From: Candidatus Moraniibacteriota bacterium
Lineage (GTDB): Bacteria > Patescibacteriota > Minisyncoccia > Moranbacterales > UBA9337
NCBI GenBank assembly: GCA_029865125.1
Contig: JAOUHN010000003.1
Span: 1-56,278 of the forward strand
Length of the DNA: 56,278 nt
Direction: 5' to 3'
Both the position numbers and the translations under genes were made by a program. The notes under the pieces were generated by a model, which ran no database searches, was not told the DNA's origin, and was given only the letters and a program-made list of their open reading frames with translations. Below, piece by piece: positions 6,905 through 15,906 of the stretch (positions within the stretch are counted from its first letter, which is position 1; each line of letters starts with the position of its first letter).

Positions 6905-9001
6905 ATGCGAGAAGATATTAGGAAAATCAAGTTAGAAAAAATGGAAAACCTGAAAAATGCTGGGATGGAGGTGTATCCTGAGAAGTGCGAGCGTTCTTTT
7001 GAGAATGCTGAGGCTTTGGAAAAATTTGATGAGATCAAAAAAGAAATCTTTTTGGTGGGGAGAATAACTTCAATGCGTCCGATGGGAGGATCTGCTTTTT
7101 GTCACATTGAAGACGGATCAGGAAAAATCCAATTGTTTTTCAACAAGAAAAACATGGATCAAGACAAATTCAAGCTTTTTGTGAAAAGCATTGAACTCGG
7201 AGATTTTGTTCAAGTGAAAGGGGAGCTTTTTTTGACAAAAACAGAAGAAAAATCTTTGAAGGTTGTTGATTGGAAAGTTCTGAGTAAATCATTAGCACCA
7301 TTTCCAACTGAGCATTTTGGATTCAAAAATGAAGAAGAGAAATTCAGAAAAAGATATTTGGATTTGTTTTTCAACAAAGATGAACGTGAAATGTTTGTTC
7401 GGCGCGCTGCTTTTTGGAGAGCAATGAGAAATTTCATGATTGAAAAAGATTTCATGGAAGTTGAAACTCCATATATTGAAACGACTACTGGTGGAGCAGA
7501 AGCGAGACCTTTCAAAACACATCACAATGATTTTGACATGGATGTTTTCATGAGAATTTCAATTGGAGAGCTTTGGCAAAAAAGACTGATGGCAGCTGGA
7601 TTTGAAAAAACTTTTGAAATCGGAAGAGCTTTTCGAAATGAAGGAACAAGCCCGAATCATCTTCAAGAATTCACCAACATGGAATTCTATTGGGCATATG
7701 CGAATTATGATGATGGAATGGAGCTCACAAAAGAAATGTACCGGCACATTGCAAAGGAAGTGTATGGAAAAACCAAGTTTGAAACTCGTGGTCACACTTT
7801 TGATTTTGCCGACGACTGGAAAAAAATTGATTATGTTGAAGAAATCAAAAAGCAAACAGGCGTTGATGTTGTGAGCGCTTCTGAAGATGAAATGAAGAAG
7901 AAATTGAAAGAGCTTGGAGTGAAATATGAAGGAGACAACAAAGAGAGACTTACGGATTCTCTTTGGAAATATTGCAGAAAAAATATCGGAGGACCTGCAT
8001 TTCTCATCAATCATCCTTTGTTTGTTTCTCCTCTTGCAAAAGAAAAAGTTGAATCTCCAGGGCAAGTGAGTCGTTTTCAGGTGATCATTGGAGGGGCTGA
8101 AGTTGGAAATGGATACAGCGAGCTCAATGACCCACTTGATCAAAGGGAGAGATTTGAAGAGCAGCAAAAACTTTTGGACAAAGGAGATGAAGAGGCCATG
8201 ATGCCGGACTGGGAATTTGTTGAGATGCTTGAACACGGAATGCCACCAACATGTGGATTTGGAGTGGGTGAAAGACTGTTCGCATTCCTTGAAGACAAGA
8301 CCTTGAGAGAAGTGACCTTGTTTCCTTTGGTGAAACCGAAAGTCGAAGTTTTTGCTCGTAGAATCGAAGATGATGGAAGTTGTATGAGTTATTTTGAAGC
8401 AGAAGCAGAAGCAAAAAATGATTTAGGGGTTACTTTAAAACAGGCTCAATCTTTGATTAAAAAGCATATCAAAGACCCTGTGACAAAACTACACTCTTTG
8501 GAGAGTGAGGCGATCATGAGAGGACTTGCCAAGCATTTTGGTGAAGATGAAGAAAAATGGGGAATCATTGGGCTGTTGCATGACATTGACTGGGACGCAA
8601 CAAAAGAGGACTCAAAAGAGCACTGTATCAAGGCTGCAGAGATATTGAAGAAAGCCGGGGCTAGTGATTTCTTGATTGAAACGATTCAGTCTCACAATTA
8701 TGGATATGAACCATGTGAATTTTTGAAAGACAAGAATAGGGAAACCCGACTTCAGCACTCATTGGCAGCAGCAGAGACACTGACAGGGTTGATTATGGCA
8801 TCCGTCATGATTCGTCCGGACAAAAAAATTGATGGACTGGAATTGAAGTCTTTGAAGAAGAAATTCAAAAACAAGAAGTTTGCCGAAAAATGCAACAGGG
8901 ACATTATATGTGAATGTGAGAAAATCGGATTGAGCTTGGATGAATTCCTGGAGATCGGACTAAATTCCTTGAAAGAAATTTCTGATGAGTTGGGAGTGTA
9001 A
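6905..9001 (+). CDS. lysS: lysyl-tRNA synthetase (class II) fused to a C-terminal HD-superfamily hydrolase domain of about 195 aa
   Basis: An OB anticodon-binding region and class II core extend to about LFPLVKPK (nt ~8340). Then come H...LLHDIDW...H...SHN motifs of an HD domain (COG2316-like, from memory). Confidence 0.85.
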   Translation: MREDIRKIKLEKMENLKNAGMEVYPEKCERSFENAEALEKFDEIKKEIFLVGRITSMRPMGGSAFCHIEDGSGKIQLFFNKKNMDQDKFKLFVKSIELGDFVQVKGELFLTKTEEKSLKVVDWKVLSKSLAPFPTEHFGFKNEEEKFRKRYLDLFFNKDEREMFVRRAAFWRAMRNFMIEKDFMEVETPYIETTTGGAEARPFKTHHNDFDMDVFMRISIGELWQKRLMAAGFEKTFEIGRAFRNEGTSPNHLQEFTNMEFYWAYANYDDGMELTKEMYRHIAKEVYGKTKFETRGHTFDFADDWKKIDYVEEIKKQTGVDVVSASEDEMKKKLKELGVKYEGDNKERLTDSLWKYCRKNIGGPAFLINHPLFVSPLAKEKVESPGQVSRFQVIIGGAEVGNGYSELNDPLDQRERFEEQQKLLDKGDEEAMMPDWEFVEMLEHGMPPTCGFGVGERLFAFLEDKTLREVTLFPLVKPKVEVFARRIEDDGSCMSYFEAEAEAKNDLGVTLKQAQSLIKKHIKDPVTKLHSLESEAIMRGLAKHFGEDEEKWGIIGLLHDIDWDATKEDSKEHCIKAAEILKKAGASDFLIETIQSHNYGYEPCEFLKDKNRETRLQHSLAAAETLTGLIMASVMIRPDKKIDGLELKSLKKKFKNKKFAEKCNRDIICECEKIGLSLDEFLEIGLNSLKEISDELGV

Positions 9002-9013
9002 TTTTTTTGAAAC

Positions 9014-9607
9014 ATGAAGATATTAATCGCTACAGGAAATCAAGATAAGCTGAGTCAGTTCAAAAGAATTTTTGAGAATCTTGGAAGTGACATTGAACTT
9101 CTTTCACTGAAAGACGTTGGGATTTTTGATGATGTGGAGGAAGATCAAGAAACTCTTTTGGAAAATGCAAAGAAAAAAGCAAAGTTCTATGCTGAGAAAT
9201 CAGGACTCCCTTCGCTTTCAGATGACTTTGGAATTTTTGTGAACGCACTGGATGGTTTTCCTGGCGTGAGTTCCAAAAGATGGATGAAGGGAAGTGACAA
9301 GGATCGATGCGCGGCACTTATTGAAAAATTGAAAAAGTTTCCAAAAGAAAAATGGACTGCAAAATACATTGGGGCTGTTGCGTTATATGACCCAGAAAAG
9401 AAAAAGTTTTGGGAAAATGTAAATGAAGCGGAAGGTGTTGTTGTGGATGAGTTTAGAGGAGATCAGTTTTTTGGATATGATTCTATTTTTGAGTCAAAAA
9501 AATTTGGAAAAACTTTTGCAGAGCTCGGTGATGAAGAAAAGATGTTTGTGGGGCATAGAAGCTTGGGGATAAAAGAATTATTGAGACACTTGAGTAGAGA
9601 AAATTAA
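9014..9607 (+). CDS. rdgB: non-canonical purine NTP pyrophosphatase (RdgB/HAM1 family)
   Basis: MKILIATGNQDKL N-terminus and a FGYDSIF-type C-terminal motif. Confidence 0.8.
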   Translation: MKILIATGNQDKLSQFKRIFENLGSDIELLSLKDVGIFDDVEEDQETLLENAKKKAKFYAEKSGLPSLSDDFGIFVNALDGFPGVSSKRWMKGSDKDRCAALIEKLKKFPKEKWTAKYIGAVALYDPEKKKFWENVNEAEGVVVDEFRGDQFFGYDSIFESKKFGKTFAELGDEEKMFVGHRSLGIKELLRHLSREN

Positions 9608-9621
9608 AGTTAACTCTATTT

Positions 9622-9732
9622 GTCATTCTGTCCGCCAACTGGCAGACAGAATCCCAAAATAATACCGCATGTTCTAGTATTCGGGGATCCTGAATCCCGC
9701 CCGAGGCGAGGCATAGCAAGTTCAGGATGACA
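9622..9732 (+). repeat. family A element; the left arm is replaced by a different hairpin and the right loop carries the 22-nt insert
   Basis: gtcattctgtccgccaactggcagacagaatcc ... ggggatcctgaat[cccgcccgaggcgaggcatagc]aagttcaggatgaca. Confidence 0.85.
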
Positions 9733-9756
9733 TGTCTTAGAGAGTTTTTTTATTCC

Positions 9757-9791
9757 TAGTTACTAATTACGAATTACTGGTTACTAATTTT
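9757..9791 (+). repeat. five heptads NNNTTAC abutting the ATG at 9792
   Basis: tagttac taattac gaattac tggttac taatttt, then ATG. Confidence 0.85.
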
Positions 9792-10202
9792 ATGAAAAAA
9801 GTAATGATATTTGGGACCTTTGATATTTTTCATGAGGGACACAAGAATTTGATTGCGCAAGCGAGAGATTTCGGTGATCACATGATTGTTGTGGTTGGGA
9901 GAGATGAGACTGTGAAGAATGTGAAGGGGGATTATCCTCTGAACAACGAAGAAAAAAGAAAGGCTGTGATTGAGAAGAGTGGCTTGGCGGAAGAAGTTGT
10001 TTTGGGAGAGTTGGATGACAAATATGCTATCATAGAAAAAAAGAGGCCGGATGTGATTTGTTTGGGATATGATCAGAATTTTTTTGTGGATGAGTTGAGA
10101 GTCAGACTTCAAAAAATGGGACTAGAAAAAACTAAGATTGTGAATCTCAAAGCACATAAGCCGGAAATTTATAAGTCATCGAAATTGAAAAACAAAAAAT
10201 GA
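9792..10202 (+). CDS. cytidylyltransferase-like nucleotidyltransferase (FAD synthetase RibL-like / adenylyltransferase family)
   Basis: 136 aa. GTFDIFHEGH is an HxGH-type motif of the nucleotidyltransferase alpha/beta phosphodiesterase superfamily. Confidence 0.7.
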   Translation: MKKVMIFGTFDIFHEGHKNLIAQARDFGDHMIVVVGRDETVKNVKGDYPLNNEEKRKAVIEKSGLAEEVVLGELDDKYAIIEKKRPDVICLGYDQNFFVDELRVRLQKMGLEKTKIVNLKAHKPEIYKSSKLKNKK

Positions 10203-10960
10203 GAAACGTGTCTGCAGGAATTATAATCTTTATTGTTGTTATTTCTCTTGGAGTAATAATTTTTTTTGAATTTTTCGATACTCCAAAGAAAGACGTTTCT
10301 TTTGAATATGGTGAAAGCTCTTCACAAGAGCTCATTTTCAGCAACAACTGTGTGATCGAGAGCCTGGATGGAATCTTGGAAAAAAAGGAAAAGGATGATT
10401 TGGGTTGGACTTTGGCAAAAGAAAAAGAAGTTATTTCTGATGATGTTCAGTTTCGAACAAAAGAAAAGTCTCGAGCATTCATCTTATTTGAAAATGGAGT
10501 AGTCTTAAGACTTGATGAGCAAACACAGGCAGAAGTGGAATTTTCCAAGAAAAAAATAGAAGTAAAGTTGATTCAAGGAGAAATATATAGCAGAATGGAT
10601 GAATTTGAAAATGTAGAATATTCAATTTTAATTGGAAATCACAAGCTTGTTCCAAAAAATGGCACGTTAATTGTCAGAAGAGATGAGGAAAGAAATGTTA
10701 AGCTTGTGATTATTGGCGGAGAAGTTGAATTTGTGAATGAAATTAAGAATTCATCAGAGAAATTCTATTCCGGAAATTCAATAATGATATTTGATGACAG
10801 ATCTGAATCAAAAGAAATTACCAAAGAAGATGTGAGTAGCAATTTTTTTGTGTGGAGCGTGGGACAAGGGAGACAAAGAGAAATGATAGATGAAATTGAC
10901 AGAAAAGAAGAAGAGGAAAAAACAAAGGAAGACGAGGCAGTGATTGAAGAAAAGATTTAG
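10199..10960 (+). CDS. membrane-anchored hypothetical protein with an acidic C-terminus
   Basis: The ATG overlaps the previous stop (ATGA). An N-terminal TM helix is followed by a beta-rich middle that is possibly FecR-like (unverified). Confidence 0.6.
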   Translation: MRNVSAGIIIFIVVISLGVIIFFEFFDTPKKDVSFEYGESSSQELIFSNNCVIESLDGILEKKEKDDLGWTLAKEKEVISDDVQFRTKEKSRAFILFENGVVLRLDEQTQAEVEFSKKKIEVKLIQGEIYSRMDEFENVEYSILIGNHKLVPKNGTLIVRRDEERNVKLVIIGGEVEFVNEIKNSSEKFYSGNSIMIFDDRSESKEITKEDVSSNFFVWSVGQGRQREMIDEIDRKEEEEKTKEDEAVIEEKI

Positions 10961-10985
10961 TTTAAGTTTAAAGAATAAAAAAAAT

Positions 10986-11633
10986 ATGTATTTTCTGGAT
11001 TTACTCGGAACATTTGCATTTGCAGTGACAGGGGCATACAAAGCCAAAGGACGAGAACTTAATGTTTTTGGTGTGATTATTTTGGGTGTGATTACAGCCG
11101 TGGGAGGAGGAACCTTTCGTGATTTGATGATTGGAAGGACACCGCTTTTCTATTTGAAAGACCCAAATTATTTTTTAGTAGGAATTTTGGCAGGGCTCTT
11201 GATTTATGTCATGCCAACATTCTTCAAGCGAACATATTCTTTTTTTCGGTTCATTGACTCGGTGGGGTTGGCTGTTTTTGTGATTATTGGAGCTTCGGTC
11301 ACCAGTGCTTTCCTATTTGAAGGACAAACAGGAATTACAGTTATTTCATTTTTGGTGTGCACATTTGGAGGAATGATCAGTGGTTTTGGTGGAGGAGTGA
11401 TCAGAGATGCTATAATGGGAGATGAGCCGTTTGCTCTCAAGAAAGGATCAAACTACATTTTCTGTGCATTTTTGGGAAGCGCTTCCTTCTATGTGATTTC
11501 TTTTGTGAACATTAACTTGGCAGTTTCCATTTCAATGATTTTGACGCTATACTTTAGAGAGATCACTTCAAAGTTCGGGATATATCAAAGGGTAATATTG
11601 AATAATGTGAAAAGTGAAATTATTAATGATTAG
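10986..11633 (+). CDS. trimeric intracellular cation channel (TRIC / UPF0126, YadS-like) family membrane protein
   Basis: LDLLGTFAFAVTGAYKA ... AVGGGTFRDLMIG, repeated as GGGVIRDAIMG. The ORF track starts at 10944 and the preferred ATG is at 10986. Confidence 0.75.
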   Translation: MYFLDLLGTFAFAVTGAYKAKGRELNVFGVIILGVITAVGGGTFRDLMIGRTPLFYLKDPNYFLVGILAGLLIYVMPTFFKRTYSFFRFIDSVGLAVFVIIGASVTSAFLFEGQTGITVISFLVCTFGGMISGFGGGVIRDAIMGDEPFALKKGSNYIFCAFLGSASFYVISFVNINLAVSISMILTLYFREITSKFGIYQRVILNNVKSEIIND

Positions 11634-11650
11634 GTTGATTTTTGCATTGT

Positions 11651-11765
11651 GTCATTCTGGAAATTAACTTATCCGGAATCCATCCTTAAGTAATCGCAGT
11701 AAATTAAATAAAATCTAAATTTATATTAAGTGTAGATTCCGGATAAATTATTTTTCGGAATGACA
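11651..11765 (+). repeat. family B element, short (deletion) variant
   Basis: gtcattctggaaattaacttatccggaatccat ... gattccggataaattatttttcggaatgaca. Confidence 0.8.
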
Positions 11766-11815
11766 GTATAGCACTAGAAGAAAAAATAGTTTAAATTGTG
11801 TAATTATTGAAAATA

Positions 11816-12592
11816 ATGAGTAAATATAGTAATGAATTAGAGGTTGCAAAGAGAGCTGCTCAGGAGGCCGGAAAAATAGTGAAAGAGATGTTTTTTGGAA
11901 GTTTTGATACCTTTGTGAAGGATGATAGGAGCTATGTGACTAGTGCTGATTTGGAGGCGGAAAGAAAAATCATTGAAATTGTTAGTGAGACTTTTCCGGA
12001 ACACAGAATCATGTCGGAAGAGGCTGGAGGAAATGGAAAAGATTCTAAATTTTCTTGGGTGATTGATCCAATTGATGGAACAACAAATTTTTCAAAAAAG
12101 ATTCCTTTTTTCAATATTGCTGTTGCGTTAGAGGTGAATGGAAGAGTTGTTTTGGGAGCTGTTTTTCAGCCAATAACTAATGAGCTTTTTTGGGCTGAAA
12201 AAGAGCAGGGAGCGTTTTTGAATGAAAAAAGAATTTTTGTGGATAGCGAAACGAAATATAACGATGCCTTTTTTGGATATTGTCACGGGAAGTCAGTGGA
12301 TGACATCAAATATATGATCGACATGATGAAAAAAGTGAAACCAGAAGCCAGAGAATTTCGAAAGTTTGGAAGTGCTGATTTGGAGCTTTGTTATGTTGCA
12401 TGCGGAAGATTGAATGGTTTTGTAGCAAAAGGAGTGAAGCTTATGGATTTCAAGCCGGGTTGCATCATTGCTCAGGAAGCAGGAGCAATCATCACGGATT
12501 TCAGCGGAAAAGATTGGCAGGGAAACACAAATGGAGATGTGCTCACAACTTCTTCAAAGGAACTTCATGAAAAACTTTTGAGTATTGTTTAG
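11816..12592 (+). CDS. inositol monophosphatase family protein (SuhB-like)
   Basis: The WVIDPIDGTTNF motif. The ORF track starts at TTG 11807 and the ATG is at 11816. Confidence 0.8.
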   Translation: MSKYSNELEVAKRAAQEAGKIVKEMFFGSFDTFVKDDRSYVTSADLEAERKIIEIVSETFPEHRIMSEEAGGNGKDSKFSWVIDPIDGTTNFSKKIPFFNIAVALEVNGRVVLGAVFQPITNELFWAEKEQGAFLNEKRIFVDSETKYNDAFFGYCHGKSVDDIKYMIDMMKKVKPEAREFRKFGSADLELCYVACGRLNGFVAKGVKLMDFKPGCIIAQEAGAIITDFSGKDWQGNTNGDVLTTSSKELHEKLLSIV

Positions 12593-12637
12593 TTGTGTAT
12601 AGTAATTGTGTAAATTTAAAATAAAATAAAATATTAT

Positions 12638-12750
12638 CCTCCTCCCCTTTGAAGGGGAGGGTTGGGGAGGGGTTAGAAACTATAGGTAAATACACGCATA
12701 ATGTTTCGCACCTCCCCTCATTCCCCTCCTCCCGAGGAGGGGAGGAAGGA
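12638..12750. repeat. family C G-run/C-run inverted element (single copy in the window)
   Basis: cctcctcccctttgaaggggagggttggggagggg ... cctcccctcattcccctcctcccgaggaggggaggaagg. It stands out against the AT-rich background. Confidence 0.7.
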
Positions 12751-12770
12751 TTATTTGTAAATCTAAAATT

Positions 12771-13373
12771 ATGCGAAGGATAAAAATAAAATTAAAGGAT
12801 TTTTCAAGGCAAAATGTTGACGCTGTTGTTGATGAGATCAAAAAAGGTGGAGTCATTGTTGCTCCTTCAGACACAATCTATGGTTTTTCTTGTGATGCAA
12901 CTGATGATCATGCGGTGAAAAAATTGTATTCCATTAAAAAGATGTCTCGAGAAAAAACCTCTTTGGTGCTCATGAAAAGTTTTTGCATGATCAGGAAATA
13001 TTGTTTCTTGAGTCAAAAGCAATATGAATATATCAAAAAAACTTTGGAGAAGTCTCGTCCAATCACAGTGATTCTCAGGAGTCGTGGAAATCTAGGAGAA
13101 CACTTCACGAGCCCAAGTCTTGGGATTGCTGTTCGAATTCCAAAGAAAAGTGAATTTCTCATGAAAGTTCTCAAAAGAGCGGACACCCCATTGGCTTCCA
13201 CCAGTCTGAATGTGACAGGGAGTGAGCCCATCGATGAGGTGAGTGATTTGGCGGGTTTTTTCAAAAAAAATCCCCCAGACCTTGTGGTAGACGCCGGAAA
13301 AATTTCAAGAATCAAATCATCCAAGATAGTAGACATCAGAAACATGGATGACATTAAGGTTCTTCGTGGTTGA
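12771..13373 (+). CDS. tsaC: L-threonylcarbamoyladenylate synthase (TsaC/YrdC/Sua5 domain)
   Basis: VIVAPSDTIYGFSCDA ... LMKSF ... ASTSLNVTG pattern of the YrdC fold. Confidence 0.8.
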   Translation: MRRIKIKLKDFSRQNVDAVVDEIKKGGVIVAPSDTIYGFSCDATDDHAVKKLYSIKKMSREKTSLVLMKSFCMIRKYCFLSQKQYEYIKKTLEKSRPITVILRSRGNLGEHFTSPSLGIAVRIPKKSEFLMKVLKRADTPLASTSLNVTGSEPIDEVSDLAGFFKKNPPDLVVDAGKISRIKSSKIVDIRNMDDIKVLRG

Positions 13374-13396
13374 CAAAAATACTTTTGGAGAGTATA

Positions 13397-13470
13397 TGGG
13401 GGGTCGTCTAACGGCAAGACTGCGGACTCTGGGTCCGCCTATTGGGGTTCGAATCCCTGTCCCCCAGCCA
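13397..13470 (+). tRNA. tRNA-Gln (anticodon CUG) with encoded CCA
   Basis: Acceptor tgggggg/tccccca with U1-A72, discriminator G and CCA. D stem gtct/agac. Anticodon stem gcgga/tccgc with loop ctCTGgg. T loop ttcgaat. Confidence 0.85.
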
Positions 13471-13508
13471 CTCCTTTTTCACTATGCTGAAAACGGAGTT
13501 TTTTTATT
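13471..13508 (+). terminator. intrinsic terminator after tRNA-Gln
   Basis: ctcctttt ... aaaacggag hairpin followed by ttttttt. Confidence 0.6.
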
Positions 13509-13701
13509 GTCTGATTTTTGGCTTTTATTCTTATGGACTTTGAACTTTTTTCATGATAGGATGGGTGTATGAACAGGAGATTTACAGACGATCATTTTTT
13601 GTCGCCCCTTTTTTAGGTGAGGGATTTTTTGAGTGTGAAAAATTAAAAATTATAAGATAAGAATTCTGATTTCAGGCAGAAAGAGTCAGAATGATAAACA
13701 T

Positions 13702-15018
13702 ATGTTAGACATTAAATTTATACGAGAGAATAAAAAGGCTTTGAAAAAAGCTATTGAGGATAAGGGTCTCAAATTGGATTTGGAAAACCTTTTGGATCTT
13801 GATGAGAAAAGAGTGGAAATGATTCAAGAAATTGAAGAGCTTCAAGCGAAAAGAAACAAGATTAATGATGAAATTGCGACCGCCACTGACAAGCAAAAGG
13901 TGATTGCTGAAGGAAAGAAAATTAAGGATAAGATTGGAAAATTGGAACCAGAATATAAGGAAATCAAAAGACAATTTGATGAGCTCATGGTGCAAGTTCC
14001 AACAATTCCTGCTCCGGATGTTCCAAAGGGAAAAAGCGAGGATGACAACGTTGAAATTGATCGTTGGGGAGAAATTCCTGAGTTTGATTTTGAGGTGAAA
14101 AATCACATTGAGATTGGGCGTGATTTGGACATTTTGGACCTTGAAAAAGGTGCGAAAGTGGGTGGATACCGAGGGTACTATTTGAAAAATGAAGGAGTTT
14201 CTTTGGTGATGGCAACAATGATGTATGCGGTGAACAAAATGATTGAAAAAGGTTTTGGGCCAATGATTCCGCCAACACTTGTGAAGGAATTTGCTCTTTT
14301 TGGAAGTGGATATTTCAAGGGAGTTGAATATGACGGGGAAGTTGACGAGATCTATCAGGTGGCTACTTCTGAAAAGGATGCAGATGGAAGCACTGACAAA
14401 GAAAAAAAGTTTCTTGTGGGGACTGCAGAACCTTCACTTTTAGCATATTATGCTGACGAGGTTTTGAAAGAGGAGGATTTGCCGATCAGGACTTGCGGAT
14501 ATTCTCAGTGTTACAGAAGTGAAATTGGAAGTTATGGAAAAGACACGAAGGGGATGTATCGCGTGCATGAATTCATGAAAGTGGAGCAAATTGTTGTTTC
14601 AAAGGCTGACATTGATGAATCTGACAAGTTGCAACAAGAAATGGTGAACATTTCAAGAGAAATGCATGAGGAATTAGGACTTCCTTATCGAATACTTCAA
14701 ATTTGCACAGGGGATATGGGAACAGGGAAGTATAAGATGTTTGATTTGGAAGCCTGGATGCCGGGACTTGACCGTTGGGGAGAAACCGGAAGTGCTTCAA
14801 ACTTTTTGGATTGGCAGGCAAGAAGATTGAATGTGAAATATGTGGACAAAGATGGAAACAAGAAATTTGCCTATCTTTTGAATAATACCGCTCTTCCATC
14901 ACCAAGAATTTTTGTGGCTATTCTGGAAAATTATCAGCAAGCGGATGGAAGTGTCAAAATTCCCGAGGTTCTTCAGAAATGGATGCCTGGAGGATTCAAG
15001 GAAATTAAGAAAAAATAA
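13702..15018 (+). CDS. serS: seryl-tRNA synthetase
   Basis: 438 aa with an N-terminal coiled-coil arm and class II core motifs (TAEPSL, YRVHEF, NNTAL). Confidence 0.92.
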   Translation: MLDIKFIRENKKALKKAIEDKGLKLDLENLLDLDEKRVEMIQEIEELQAKRNKINDEIATATDKQKVIAEGKKIKDKIGKLEPEYKEIKRQFDELMVQVPTIPAPDVPKGKSEDDNVEIDRWGEIPEFDFEVKNHIEIGRDLDILDLEKGAKVGGYRGYYLKNEGVSLVMATMMYAVNKMIEKGFGPMIPPTLVKEFALFGSGYFKGVEYDGEVDEIYQVATSEKDADGSTDKEKKFLVGTAEPSLLAYYADEVLKEEDLPIRTCGYSQCYRSEIGSYGKDTKGMYRVHEFMKVEQIVVSKADIDESDKLQQEMVNISREMHEELGLPYRILQICTGDMGTGKYKMFDLEAWMPGLDRWGETGSASNFLDWQARRLNVKYVDKDGNKKFAYLLNNTALPSPRIFVAILENYQQADGSVKIPEVLQKWMPGGFKEIKKK

Positions 15019-15057
15019 TAATCATTTTTTAAATAAAAATTAACAAAAAACAAAATC

Positions 15058-15438
15058 ATGCCCAATGGAAACAAGCCAACATTTGGCGAAAGAACATCAG
15101 ATAGAATCACATTGATAATTGGTAGCTGGAGGTTCATCATTATTCAAAGCATTATTTTGGCAATTTGGATTGTTTTGAATCTAGTTGCTTGGGTGCAGCA
15201 CTGGGATCCATATCCTTTCATTCTTTTGAATCTTACTTTAAGTTTTCAAGCGGCCTATGCAGCACCAATCATCATGATGAGCCAAAACAGAGCTGCTATC
15301 AGAGACAGAAAAAAATCCGAGATAGATTTAGCAACGGACAGAAAAGCAGCAAGAGACATTGTATCCATTCAAGAACACTTGAACAAGCTTGAGAGAAATA
15401 AAATAGACAAAATTTTGCAAATCCTAAAAGAAAAGTAA
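15058..15438 (+). CDS. DUF1003 family membrane protein
   Basis: GSWRFIIIQ ... WDPYPFILLNLTLSFQAAYAAPIIMMSQNR is characteristic. Confidence 0.75.
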   Translation: MPNGNKPTFGERTSDRITLIIGSWRFIIIQSIILAIWIVLNLVAWVQHWDPYPFILLNLTLSFQAAYAAPIIMMSQNRAAIRDRKKSEIDLATDRKAARDIVSIQEHLNKLERNKIDKILQILKEK

Positions 15439-15452
15439 CAGAAACGTTAATA

Positions 15453-15866
15453 ATGGAGTTTAGAAAAAACGCACATTCAGTGAAGCATGCCATAGCTTTT
15501 CCTTTTATATATCTAATGATCGTACCACTTGTTATTTTGGATTTGTTTTTCACGATTTATCACATAATTTGTTTTCCTTTGTTTGGGATACCTTTGGTGA
15601 AGAGGTCTGACTACATCAAGATTGACAGACATAAATTGTCATATTTGAAGTTTGATGAGAAAATATATTGTGCATATTGTGGATACGGCAATGGACTTTT
15701 GTATTATTGTTGGGTGATTGCTGGAAAAACGGAAAAATATTGGTGTGGAATCAAACACAATAGAGATGATGGATTCGTTGAATCTCCGCATCACAAAGAT
15801 TTCTTAGAATATGGAAATGAGAAAGAATTTACTAATTTTGTGGATAATATTGAAAAAAAGCAATAA
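15453..15866 (+). CDS. hypothetical membrane protein with a CxxC motif
   Basis: 137 aa with two hydrophobic helices and CAYCGY. No family recognised. Confidence 0.55.
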   Translation: MEFRKNAHSVKHAIAFPFIYLMIVPLVILDLFFTIYHIICFPLFGIPLVKRSDYIKIDRHKLSYLKFDEKIYCAYCGYGNGLLYYCWVIAGKTEKYWCGIKHNRDDGFVESPHHKDFLEYGNEKEFTNFVDNIEKKQ

Positions 15867-15906
15867 ATAAATAAAGCTTTTATTATTTCTTTTTAGAAAA
15901 AACCGT

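Noticed and set aside
7559-8236. 225-aa minus-strand ORF inside lysS, with smaller ones at 7210-7515, 7292-7525 and 8124-8414.
   Set aside because: It is antisense to a confidently identified gene, has a low-complexity F/K/S-rich translation and has no start signals.
12680-12874. 64-aa minus-strand ORF (…LLGRRGMRGGAKH…).
   Set aside because: It is a translation of the G/C-run family C repeat and overlaps the tsaC start.
13348-13572. 74-aa + strand ORF.
   Set aside because: It runs straight through tRNA-Gln and its terminator.
13509-13701. T-box or other leader upstream of serS; I also checked upstream of tyrS, lysS and pheS.
   Set aside because: I could not find a specifier-loop/T-box (AGGGUGGNACCGCG-like) sequence or an antiterminator pair. 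The upstream regions are occupied by repeats or are short and AT-rich.
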